A DNA stretch of 64,000 nt from IMG/VR virus record IMGVR_UViG_3300031992_000011, one strand, 5' to 3'. The position numbers and the translations under genes were made by a program. Below are positions 9,765 through 18,337 of the stretch, in pieces. The stretch comes from a virus. Lineage: Duplodnaviria > Caudoviricetes. Within the stretch, counting starts at the first letter, position 1; the number at the start of each line of letters is the position of its first letter. The notes beneath the pieces are model-generated. The model was not told the origin of the DNA, made no database searches, and saw only the letters and a program-made list of their open reading frames with translations.

Positions 9765-10208
9765 TTAAGACATTCCGGTGTGTCCAAACCCGCCGTCACC
9801 CCTTTCGGTGTCACCCAATGTGTCGGTTTCGACGAGTTCTACCCTCTCATGTTTGGCGAACACCAGCTGTGCGATGCGCTCGCCGTCTCCGATGTGCTCG
9901 GTTTCAGTGCCGAGGTTGACCAGCACGACACATATCTCGCCGCGGTAGTCTGCGTCTATTGTCCCGGGCGTGTTCAAAACGGTTATGCCCTTGTTCACGG
10001 CAAGACCGCTTCTTGGCCTGACTTGGCATTCTATCCCTTCCGGCATTTCGATATATATGCCGGTGCGAACCATGACGCGCTGCATCGGTTTTATGTCGAT
10101 AGTGTGCTCCGTCCATGCACGAATGTCCATGCCGGCGCTTGAAGGTGTCTTGTATTCCGGCATGGGGTGCGGGGATCTGTTGATGATATTTACTGTAAGT
10201 TTGTCCAT
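9765..10208 (-). CDS. dut: dUTPase (trimeric)
   Basis: Motifs [30 protein letters not shown] and [10 protein letters not shown]. Confidence 0.97.
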   Translation of the reverse strand: MDKLTVNIINRSPHPMPEYKTPSSAGMDIRAWTEHTIDIKPMQRVMVRTGIYIEMPEGIECQVRPRSGLAVNKGITVLNTPGTIDADYRGEICVVLVNLGTETEHIGDGERIAQLVFAKHERVELVETDTLGDTERGDGGFGHTGMS

Positions 10209-10209
10209 T

Positions 10210-10800
10210 TCATTTATAGTTTTTAAGTTCTATTGTCGTGAGTGTGTTCACCATCTTCGTGAGGACACATAACGTCGAGGTCATGATGAGTTTGTTCTCC
10301 TCCATGTCGCGGTCTATCGAGGTCATTGCCTCAAATTCCTCCTCGGCGAGCACAATGCCATAGTTCTGGCACAAGTACAGGCTTCTTTCCCCGAGTTTCA
10401 TGCTGCCGGGAAGATCGTCGTTGAAATCATATATGTACCCCTTCTTGATTTTCCAGTCGTCCGTGCTCGGTATGAACATCACGGCCTTCGCCAAGTGCTG
10501 AAGAAGAAGGACGCGCATCAGCATCGAGAAGTTTACCGCGAGTCTAGGATGTCTCGGTTTGTCCTTGTCGGTGCCTGTCAGCGCCATCTCGTTTATGTCG
10601 TACGCGATTCGGCAAAGGCGGTTCAGCACGATGTCCACCATCCCTCCCTCGTATGCCCCACGCATAGGGTCGCTCAGCGCGTATGGGGCGCGCTTTATCT
10701 TCTCACCGATTTCGTCCATCATCCGCTGCGAGTAGCAGTTGTATTTCTCAAGGCGCTGTATGTACTTGAGGTAGTTTGCATTCAGTCTTGCTTCGTCCAT
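10210..10800 (-). CDS. HD-domain-like protein with degenerate metal ligands
   Basis: [11 protein letters not shown] ... LLQHLAKA ... GERSLYL...YGI.L..EE..A resembles YhaM/HD hydrolases but lacks the HD pair. Start moved to the ATG at 10800 because the promoter covers 10819-10850. Confidence 0.5.
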   Translation of the reverse strand: MDEARLNANYLKYIQRLEKYNCYSQRMMDEIGEKIKRAPYALSDPMRGAYEGGMVDIVLNRLCRIAYDINEMALTGTDKDKPRHPRLAVNFSMLMRVLLLQHLAKAVMFIPSTDDWKIKKGYIYDFNDDLPGSMKLGERSLYLCQNYGIVLAEEEFEAMTSIDRDMEENKLIMTSTLCVLTKMVNTLTTIELKNYK

Positions 10801-10818
10801 GTCTTTCGCATTTTTGCG

Positions 10819-10850
10819 CAAAGGTAATGTTTTGGGTTGAGATACACAAA
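10819..10850 (-). promoter_or_regulatory. Bacteroidota housekeeping-type promoter
   Basis: TTTG-N20-TACCTTTG. Confidence 0.75.
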
Positions 10851-10869
10851 CATTTTATGGAAAATTAAC

Positions 10870-10905
10870 AAAAAAATACGCGCATATCCTCACGGACGGC
10901 GCGTA
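10870..10905 (-). terminator. Terminator hairpin with GUGA tetraloop
   Basis: TACGCGC-CGTCC-GTGA-GGATAT-GCGCGTA followed by T7. Confidence 0.75.
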
Positions 10906-10934
10906 AACTCATAAAATTATGACTATTGAAAAAA

Positions 10935-11591
10935 TTACTGTTTTTTTCTCTTTTTGTTCTTGCCCCTGTATTTCATCTCGCATTCATATATGTTGTCGTC
11001 ATCGTCGAGGAAAAGGAACTTGTTGCTGAGTTTCATCACGGACAGTCCAGGTTCTTTCCGCGACGCGCTCTCGTTCAGCGTCTGCTGTAGCGTCCCGAGT
11101 TTTTTGTCGATTACACTCTCGACAATCGCCTTGATTATTTCATAGTCGATAGTTCCGGATGGAGATGTGCGCCTCCTTTCCGGCGCCTCTTGTATCATCT
11201 TGTCTACCGTCTTGCTTCTGTCAAGACGCTCTGACTGCTCGAGGATGCTCATTGACCGCTTGATTCCGTCCATGCTGTCCAGTTTTTTACCGAGCGTTTC
11301 CGTGAACATGTCCATTTCTGAGGCAGTGCTCTCGTTCATCATCAGCGGGTTCGCGATGATGGAGTTCTTGATGGCGTCAGGCACGTTGCTGTCTTTGATC
11401 CGTCGCTTCGAGATATTCTCGTTCATCTCCTTGAGCGCCTCTTGCGCGTTGTAAGGCTTGTACGCTTCCTCGCCCGGCGGCATCATGTATCCGGAGAACG
11501 TCGGAACCTTTGACGGGTCCACCGCTCTCTTGTTCGGCTTGGAAAGGGATGACTTGTCGTTCCCTATGTTCTCGACTAAATTCAGGTCCAT
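10935..11591 (-). CDS. Hypothetical protein (218 aa)
   Basis: ORF with its own promoter (11610-11639) and terminator; basic C-terminus. Confidence 0.8.
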   Translation of the reverse strand: MDLNLVENIGNDKSSLSKPNKRAVDPSKVPTFSGYMMPPGEEAYKPYNAQEALKEMNENISKRRIKDSNVPDAIKNSIIANPLMMNESTASEMDMFTETLGKKLDSMDGIKRSMSILEQSERLDRSKTVDKMIQEAPERRRTSPSGTIDYEIIKAIVESVIDKKLGTLQQTLNESASRKEPGLSVMKLSNKFLFLDDDDNIYECEMKYRGKNKKRKKQ

Positions 11592-11641
11592 TGTTGTTCT
11601 GTTTCATTAAAACTGCCTGCCGGCCCACGTATTTGTCAATA

Positions 11642-12538
11642 TCACCGCTTGGGTATTTTCGACAGGTCTATCTTGCGCGGATTCTCGAGCTGCCTCAACA
11701 GTTCGTCCATCCCTCTCTCGGTGTCCGTGCGGTATGTGTCGGGTTCTTTCTCTTCTGTCTCCGGTTCTGTTTCCTCCGGTTTGACTTCTTGCTTCCCTGA
11801 AGGCTTGTTGAACTTTGACAGGTCTATCTTGCGCGGATTCTCGAGCTGCTTCATCAGTGAGTCCATCCCTCTCTCGGTGTCAGTGCGGTAAACATCGTCG
11901 TCCTTCTTCGTGTCATCCTTCTTGGTGTCGTCATTCTTCATTTGCGGACCGCTTGAAGGTTTCAGAGAAGGTACCGTCATCTTTATTCCGTTCTTGGTGT
12001 CTATGCTGACCGGATCCTGAAGTTGTTGTCTCACCCGTTCCATCCTCCGTTCGGTGTCGGTCTTGTAGATGTCAGAAGAAACCCTTGGCACTCCGTCGGT
12101 TGAAATCTTCCTGAGCGCGTCGTCCGTGATTTCACTGTCCGGACCTCCGAACTGCGCGACCTTGAATACAACCGCCATGGTGTTGTCGCCGTTAGGGTTG
12201 AATTCCCCGAGACCCTTGTATATGTCAGAGGCTGGTTGGGTAAATATCTGGTCTGTCGGGTCCCACTCGCTTATCCTGTCAAGAAGGAAAAATTTCCACG
12301 AGGGCACACGCGAAGTTGTGTCCCCGTATGGCTGGAACGCCCTTATGACCGGGTTTCCCGCACTTGTCGTCCCGTATGCATACACCTCGATTATCCTGTC
12401 ACCTGTCGCTATGTCCTCCCCCTTCGAGTGATAGTTTATCAGTATCCTCCTGTGGTTGTCCAAAGCGTCATCGATGTCCTGTTCGGACACGGACTCTTCA
12501 AGAAGCACGCTCTCGAGTAGAGAACTGAGGGATTTCAT
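11642..12538 (-). CDS. WYL-domain protein with C-terminal repeats and an N-terminal LxE leader
   Basis: ILINY...RIIEVYAYG...VIRAFQ...WKFFLLDRISEW is a WYL signature; three Y(R/K)TDTER...QL repeats. Confidence 0.65.
   Translation of the reverse strand: MKSLSSLLESVLLEESVSEQDIDDALDNHRRILINYHSKGEDIATGDRIIEVYAYGTTSAGNPVIRAFQPYGDTTSRVPSWKFFLLDRISEWDPTDQIFTQPASDIYKGLGEFNPNGDNTMAVVFKVAQFGGPDSEITDDALRKISTDGVPRVSSDIYKTDTERRMERVRQQLQDPVSIDTKNGIKMTVPSLKPSSGPQMKNDDTKKDDTKKDDDVYRTDTERGMDSLMKQLENPRKIDLSKFNKPSGKQEVKPEETEPETEEKEPDTYRTDTERGMDELLRQLENPRKIDLSKIPKR
11661..11890. repeat. 74-bp intragenic direct repeat (11661-11734 and 11817-11890), third degenerate copy near 12020-12068
   Basis: Direct comparison shows 5 mismatches; encodes YRTDTERGMDxLxxQLENPRKIDLS. 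Confidence 0.9.
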
Positions 12539-12546
12539 TGTGCTCT

Positions 12547-12912
12547 TTATCTTATGACGTACTGTCCTTCTCGGACGTTTTTGGAAGTGTCCACTATCTT
12601 CTCGGTGTACGGTTCGTCCGAACTGTACAGGCTCCTGACCATCGACTGCTTTCTCGCCTCGTTGTCAAGGTCGTTACCCATTCCGCTCGCCGGATTGGTG
12701 TCGAAGTTTGAATAGTTGAACACACCCTTTGGCCCGTTGCAGTCAGGCAGCCAGTGTGTGTGCCCTCCGTGTCCGGTACCCTTGCCCTGTCTGTCGCCTG
12801 TGGCCAGCGCGTCAGGATGTGTCTCTGAATACGGGTTTTCCCTGGTATAGTCGCTTCTGACAATCTCATTGTGCCTTTCTTCTATACCTCTTTTTTCCAA
12901 ACATGATTGCAT
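12547..12912 (-). CDS. Hypothetical protein, probably late/virion (121 aa)
   Basis: Preceded by TATTTA at 12944-12949. Confidence 0.75.
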   Translation of the reverse strand: MQSCLEKRGIEERHNEIVRSDYTRENPYSETHPDALATGDRQGKGTGHGGHTHWLPDCNGPKGVFNYSNFDTNPASGMGNDLDNEARKQSMVRSLYSSDEPYTEKIVDTSKNVREGQYVIR

Positions 12913-12951
12913 ATCCTAAAAGTTGTTTTTTCCTTGTGTATGATAAATAGT

Positions 12952-13503
12952 TCATTTGACATAAGCGCGCCGCAATTCTTCGTCCACCATCCGGAGTATA
13001 TCCTCATATATGCTGTTCCCGGCGTGTGCCGAAGATTCGTAACGGACAATTTGCCCGTCGGAAACGGAACGGTTCATGTTGCCGGTGTTGAATTTTTCAC
13101 GCGTCGCTTTTGTGCTGGTTCTCTGCTTCTCGTGCGGCTTTATGTACGCGTTGTCCGCTCCGGCCGCCTTGAGCGCAGCCTTTCTGTCGTCTATCGTTTT
13201 CGTGGCGAGCCCGAGCGTGTTGTTGACCCATGTCCTCATCTCGTCGCCTCCGTTCAGTATGTACTCGTCCGACTTGTCTGAACCGTTGTAGTTGTCAAAG
13301 AAATTCTTGATGCGTTTCATCTCGTTGTACGCGATTCCGTTCTTCATTGACAGTATGTTGTTCAACCTCTTGTACCCGTCTACGGTCTTGTCGCCGTTGT
13401 ATGACGCCAATGTGGACTCAAGATGTTTCCTTATCCCGTCTCCGAGCGGAAACACCCTGTGCTTGAGTTCCTTGTTGCCTTCTGTCAAAAGTATGCGCAC
13501 CAT
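12952..13503 (-). CDS. Hypothetical protein with LxE leader (183 aa)
   Basis: Starts MVRILLTE; ends in an amphipathic helix IYEDILRMVDEELRR. Confidence 0.75.
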   Translation of the reverse strand: MVRILLTEGNKELKHRVFPLGDGIRKHLESTLASYNGDKTVDGYKRLNNILSMKNGIAYNEMKRIKNFFDNYNGSDKSDEYILNGGDEMRTWVNNTLGLATKTIDDRKAALKAAGADNAYIKPHEKQRTSTKATREKFNTGNMNRSVSDGQIVRYESSAHAGNSIYEDILRMVDEELRRAYVK

Positions 13504-13506
13504 GAT

Positions 13507-14082
13507 TCAACCTAATTTCCTTCTGAGCACTTTCTTCCACACCTCAGGCAGTGTGGACAGGTTCATGTTCTCGATAATCTTGTTCAGCACCATCGCGCAC
13601 TGCTTGTCACTGAGACCGGACGAGCGCATGGCGTCAAGAAGTACATCTGTCTTCTGCTGCACACCTTGCGGTATCTTGACAAGGTCGTCCCCTTGTTTGT
13701 TGTTCGAGTATGTGTCAAGTCCGTATCCGGTCTCGGCCGGCGCCTCGGCGCTGTCGTCGACTCCGTCGCGGTTCGTGTCGTCGTTGGCGGACTCTGACAC
13801 GGTGAAAGATTTGTCCAGATCAATGTAAACGTCAGGATCCGACGCCGTCGGGTGTCCGTACGCCATGCCGAACCGTCTTCCGTAGAACTGAGGGGTTATG
13901 TTGGCGGAAACGTCATCACCTGTCGTCGGCATTGCGGATTCAGTGCCGTCAAGTACCCCGTCGGCAGTCACGTCTTGCTGTCCACGATGGGCGTTGAACG
14001 GTGTGTCGGACAGGTATGAATAACCTGTGTCACCCATGTACTCCCTTAGTTGTTCCTCGCGCAATATGATGGTTCTCATCAT
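13507..14082 (-). CDS. Hypothetical acidic protein with LxE leader (191 aa)
   Basis: Starts MMRTIILREEQLRE. Confidence 0.75.
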   Translation of the reverse strand: MMRTIILREEQLREYMGDTGYSYLSDTPFNAHRGQQDVTADGVLDGTESAMPTTGDDVSANITPQFYGRRFGMAYGHPTASDPDVYIDLDKSFTVSESANDDTNRDGVDDSAEAPAETGYGLDTYSNNKQGDDLVKIPQGVQQKTDVLLDAMRSSGLSDKQCAMVLNKIIENMNLSTLPEVWKKVLRRKLG

Positions 14083-14094
14083 GTCCTTCTATTA

Positions 14095-14424
14095 CTACTC
14101 GTCGTCGTAGCAGTCGACGCCGTTATCCCTCAATATCTCGCTCACAACAAACAACTGCCTGCGGTTGAGGACGTCGCTGTGCTGTATCATGTAGTTGTCG
14201 TCACGGAGTCTCATGTCTCCGCACGTGTATGATATGTAACGGCTGTCATCCTCGCTCGAAGTGTATGGAACATATATCGTGTCGCCCATAACCTCATATC
14301 TCCCTTTCCTGATGGAGTTGAAGAAAATCCTTATCTCATGCTGCCATTGCTTGTCGTCAGCCTCAGACAATATTCTTGTCATCACTTTCCGCGTGATGGA
14401 TTCCACCAATTCATTATTTCTCAT
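14095..14424 (-). CDS. Hypothetical protein with LxE leader
   Basis: Start at MRNNELVESITRKVMTRILSE; TATTTA at 14446-14451. Confidence 0.7.
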   Translation of the reverse strand: MRNNELVESITRKVMTRILSEADDKQWQHEIRIFFNSIRKGRYEVMGDTIYVPYTSSEDDSRYISYTCGDMRLRDDNYMIQHSDVLNRRQLFVVSEILRDNGVDCYDDE

Positions 14425-14435
14425 TTGTCGTTCGA

Positions 14436-14451
14436 TATTTACAGATAAATA
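14436..14451. promoter_or_regulatory. Palindromic bidirectional putative late promoter TATTTA-CAGA-TAAATA
   Basis: Perfect inverted pair between divergent genes starting at 14424 (-) and 14474 (+). Confidence 0.6.
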
Positions 14452-14473
14452 GCGTTTCAACACTGATTATGCA

Positions 14474-16336
14474 ATGAGTCACATCCTTAATCATAACAGG
14501 ACACCGTTCGTCTTCAAGATAGACCGCAGCCAGTGCTGGGACTTCTTCCTGGACGGCGGTGCATATTCTTCTCCGTATGTCTCGGCGGACGGTTACGCAG
14601 ACCGTTGCCTTGCGGTTTCTGTCGACACGGCAGAATGCGGCACTGTGATGCCGGACATGGTGTACGGATCGGACAGGTATGTATGGTCCGAAGCCAGGAA
14701 CGGCGGGCTGTCGTTGGACAACATAGGGATTACCGGAATGGACAACGGGACTATACTGTTTGACCGTAATACCGTTTCTTCGTCAGAGTTCAACCGTCTG
14801 TATGGCGGCAGTTCCCTTGCGATAGAAGAGGACGACATGAGGATGCATTTCCGCAAAGCCGGAGGAAACAATGGAATTTTCTATTACGGAAACGACATTG
14901 TCCACGAGGACGGGGTGGACTGCATCAGACTGTCAGGCGGTTTCTACCAGGGATTCTTCAAGAGCGGTGACGGGTACCAGATTCTGCCCACCAACATAGG
15001 TGAAGGCGTTTGTCTTGAATTCGTGATAAAACCGGACGGGGCGGTGAAGCGCGCCGACAAACTGACAATGAACGACAGGTATCCGTCAAACAGCGGGATA
15101 TTCTTCTATATAGGAACACGCGCGGAGAACAAGTGGTACAGGTATGCGGAGCACGAGGAACTTTTCGAGCGGATATCCAACACGTATTTCGCTGATGACG
15201 GTTATAACGGAGGCGGTTACTTCAGCGACATCACAACAAGCGCTGTCTATTTCGAAGACAGTGACGAATACTCGTCTGACGACGGGTATTTCGCTGACGG
15301 GTACGGCAGCGACTCATGTCCGGAAAAACCATGCCGGCCAGTGCACGGAATGGGCAGTGTCAGTTCGTGCTCATGCAAACCGAGATGCACTTGCTCAAAA
15401 TATTTCTCCGACGGGTATTTCGACAAGGTGAGCGAACCGTGCGAGTGCACGTCTGACTACAATCTCGGAGGAGATTATTGGGACACATCGTCGGTTCCTC
15501 TTGTGCCTGACACTGAAAGGTCTACTTTGGGAGGGCACTCGCTTTCGACCCCGAACATTGTCGAGATAGAGACCGACAACAAGTTCCTGATGTTTGACCG
15601 TACCTGCTCCGGCGTCACCGCTGACCATTGGGAGGAAGGAACGAAGGCGGTCATCACCGACGTGAAGGCTGATGACCGTGAAAACTACTTCCTGCTGTAC
15701 CACAGGGGGTGCGGCGGTCTGCTCGCGGACAAGACGTGGTCGTCAAAAGGCGACCGCAGATATGACGCCGCCCGCGACATTTACCGCAACGCTTTCGCCC
15801 TTCAGGTCCGTCAGGACGGTTCGATCGGATACAAGTATGCAGTCAAGGACTGCGACTGCACCGGTGACACATGCGGAAACCCGGCGATACTTTCCGAATG
15901 GACTGTGCCGGGCGTTGTTCCGGAGGGTAAATGGTCTGTGGTGCACATGAAACTCATGCCGTCCGGAATCCATTACGGCACATGCACAAAGTCGACCTCG
16001 TCGTCACAGAAGATGCGTGTGATGCTTTATGTCGACGGCAGGCTGAAACTCGTGTCCAAAGAGATACCGACGCTGAACCTCAGGAAACTTGCGGAAACGG
16101 ACGACAAACAGGAAGGTGTGCCGTTCAACATATCGTTGGGCGGAGGGACTCAAGGTCTTGCGGATGTTGTCTACTATGACTACACGAAGACGCCGTCCGA
16201 AGTGCTGCCCATTGAGCGTGAGTTCGGGGGCAGTCTGTTCGGGTACATGAGATGCTTCAGATTTTATGCGTGTCCGCTTTCGTTGTCGGAAATCGAAGGC
16301 AACGTTAATTTTGTCAAGAGTGGTTTTGAAACCTGA
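14474..16336 (+). CDS. Putative virion protein with ConA/LamG-like domain and Cys-rich insert (620 aa)
   Basis: GIFFYIGTRAENK, WSVVHM, MLYVDGRLK, ISLGGG and FGYMRCFRFY..PLS..EI resemble LamG; first gene of the fibre cluster. Confidence 0.55.
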   Translation: MSHILNHNRTPFVFKIDRSQCWDFFLDGGAYSSPYVSADGYADRCLAVSVDTAECGTVMPDMVYGSDRYVWSEARNGGLSLDNIGITGMDNGTILFDRNTVSSSEFNRLYGGSSLAIEEDDMRMHFRKAGGNNGIFYYGNDIVHEDGVDCIRLSGGFYQGFFKSGDGYQILPTNIGEGVCLEFVIKPDGAVKRADKLTMNDRYPSNSGIFFYIGTRAENKWYRYAEHEELFERISNTYFADDGYNGGGYFSDITTSAVYFEDSDEYSSDDGYFADGYGSDSCPEKPCRPVHGMGSVSSCSCKPRCTCSKYFSDGYFDKVSEPCECTSDYNLGGDYWDTSSVPLVPDTERSTLGGHSLSTPNIVEIETDNKFLMFDRTCSGVTADHWEEGTKAVITDVKADDRENYFLLYHRGCGGLLADKTWSSKGDRRYDAARDIYRNAFALQVRQDGSIGYKYAVKDCDCTGDTCGNPAILSEWTVPGVVPEGKWSVVHMKLMPSGIHYGTCTKSTSSSQKMRVMLYVDGRLKLVSKEIPTLNLRKLAETDDKQEGVPFNISLGGGTQGLADVVYYDYTKTPSEVLPIEREFGGSLFGYMRCFRFYACPLSLSEIEGNVNFVKSGFET

Positions 16337-16374
16337 AAGCCACCAAACTATTTATATTGAAAACGAAAGTTACA

Positions 16375-18312
16375 ATGAACGGCATAACCTATTTTAGATT
16401 AGTTTCCCCGTACAGTAATGACATAACCAAGAACTGCGGACTCACCGGACAGGAGATTGACAACAATTTTTTCGTTCTTGAGGGCCGTGACGTCAAGTCT
16501 GTCACTCTTGACGGTGAGACACTCAAGGTGAACCTGTATAACGGTGATGTCATACCGGCCGACATGAGCGGACTGACCGGTTCCATCAAGGAGTCGATGT
16601 CCGACTTCGTCAAGTCGCTGTCGTTCGAGTTCGACCGCGACAACGGTGTCCTTAAAATCACACAGAACGGTGTCACGCAGACAATCGGCGGTTTTGTGAC
16701 CTCATATGAGGACAACAATGTCATTGCCACGGACGAGACACTGCAGGGCACAGGCAAGCCTGAGTCACCGCTCGGTGTTTCCAGAGCCTACAGAACAGGC
16801 GCATACGCACCCGTGAACATGATAATCGACAAGACGAACGGCCAGACCCTTCCGAGCGGCGAGAACCTGCACGCCGGCGACCGTTTCCTTGTGCACGACA
16901 AGGTGGGCGACTACGGGCTGCTTTACGATTATGAGGGCGTGAAACGCATCACGTGCGACCTTTTCATGAATTCTTCGAAATGGCGCGTCCCCACAAAGGA
17001 GGACTGGGACGACATGCTCAACGCCATCGAGCCGAACGCGGCGAACCGGGACCACGCGAATGCCACAAGCAACAGGTATCTCGGCAAATACGCCGGCGGA
17101 TATCTGAAGTCAAAGACCGGATGGATCGGCAGCGACGACGGGAACTCACCAGCTCCGGGCACCGGCGAGCCAACGGTCGACGACATGATAGGGAACACCA
17201 GTACACAAAGATGCTGCTGCGGCAAGAACGTGCCGTCATGCAGCCCGATGTACTGCGGGGAATACACCTCATGCTGCTGCAGACCGGACAGGAACCCTGA
17301 CGCGAGCGGCGCTGACATGTACGGATTCAACGCGAAACCGGCCGGATACGTCGACGACGGTGGTCTTGTCGGATATTTCGGCGAAAGGGCGTCGTTCTGG
17401 ACGGCGACACTGTCACCGAGCGGAAACAGCGCGTACATCAAGAGGCTTGAATGGGACAAGACAAACGTCTATCAGGACATCATCTCGACCAAGTACTCAC
17501 TTTCGCTCAGACTTATCAAAGACTACGACGGAAGTAATTTCTATGGACATGAACAGATACTCGGAGAAACATACGAGACAGTGCTCATGCCGTCGGTAAA
17601 GTCAGGCAGCAAGGTGTGGACTGCGGTAAATGTCGCGTTCAACAACGACTCTTATTGCGGCATAGAGCCGAACAACGGTCTTAACCTGACATACACTGAA
17701 AGATACTACATCGCTGAATGGGACGGCCACAAGTGGGTCACTGCCCCGTTTAACGAAGGCGACTCTGTGGTCGTGCTTGTGGCACCGGACGGTTCAAGGG
17801 CAGTGGACTACAGACTCGTTGACGGTTCTCTTGTCAGGGTCAGTGACATCATAGCCGAACAGGTCGTCGGGAAGGTTGACGAGGAACTTGACGAGATAAG
17901 GCAGTCGATCGCAGACGAGGCGTCGGCAAGGGAGGCGGCCGACAATGAGTTAAGAAATGCGATAGACGCCGAGATTGAGGCGAGAGGACAGGCTGACAGG
18001 GAACTTAACGAGAAAATCGACACGGAGATTTCCGCCCTTGACTCGAAGATTGCCCAGGAAAAGCAGGACCGCGAGGAGATGGACACGCTCCACGACGAGC
18101 AGATCAGCGACCTCGCCTCAAAGTTAGACCAAGAAAAACAGGAACGCGAGAACGCCGACAACGCGCTTGCGGGTGAGATTGACGGCATCGAGAAGAGACT
18201 TCTCGCAAGTGGGGAATTTGACGTCGACAGCGGCGTGCTCACACTGAAGTCGGAAGACGGTGAGTCCACGGTGATAAACGTCGGATTCGGTTTCAACTTC
18301 GGTGACGTATAA
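16375..18312 (+). CDS. Tail-fibre-like protein with a circularly permuted FISUMP (Fibrobacter succinogenes major paralogous) domain and coiled coil
   Basis: YGLLY, WRVPTKEDW, LKSKTGW, YGFNAKPAG, FWTAT and SLRLIKD; E..AR..AD heptad repeats at the C-terminus; TATTTA at 16349-16354. Confidence 0.7.
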   Translation: MNGITYFRLVSPYSNDITKNCGLTGQEIDNNFFVLEGRDVKSVTLDGETLKVNLYNGDVIPADMSGLTGSIKESMSDFVKSLSFEFDRDNGVLKITQNGVTQTIGGFVTSYEDNNVIATDETLQGTGKPESPLGVSRAYRTGAYAPVNMIIDKTNGQTLPSGENLHAGDRFLVHDKVGDYGLLYDYEGVKRITCDLFMNSSKWRVPTKEDWDDMLNAIEPNAANRDHANATSNRYLGKYAGGYLKSKTGWIGSDDGNSPAPGTGEPTVDDMIGNTSTQRCCCGKNVPSCSPMYCGEYTSCCCRPDRNPDASGADMYGFNAKPAGYVDDGGLVGYFGERASFWTATLSPSGNSAYIKRLEWDKTNVYQDIISTKYSLSLRLIKDYDGSNFYGHEQILGETYETVLMPSVKSGSKVWTAVNVAFNNDSYCGIEPNNGLNLTYTERYYIAEWDGHKWVTAPFNEGDSVVVLVAPDGSRAVDYRLVDGSLVRVSDIIAEQVVGKVDEELDEIRQSIADEASAREAADNELRNAIDAEIEARGQADRELNEKIDTEISALDSKIAQEKQDREEMDTLHDEQISDLASKLDQEKQERENADNALAGEIDGIEKRLLASGEFDVDSGVLTLKSEDGESTVINVGFGFNFGDV

Positions 18313-18337
18313 TATCTTATCGGAATATATCAAGACA

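Noticed and set aside
11661-11890. Repeat pair as a DGR template/variable repeat
   Set aside because: The mismatches are not restricted to adenines, both copies are in-frame within one gene, and no reverse transcriptase is visible in the window.
16900-17640. FISUMP domain as a DGR target
   Set aside because: I saw no second copy of its C-terminal region and no RT in the window; a remote DGR cannot be excluded.
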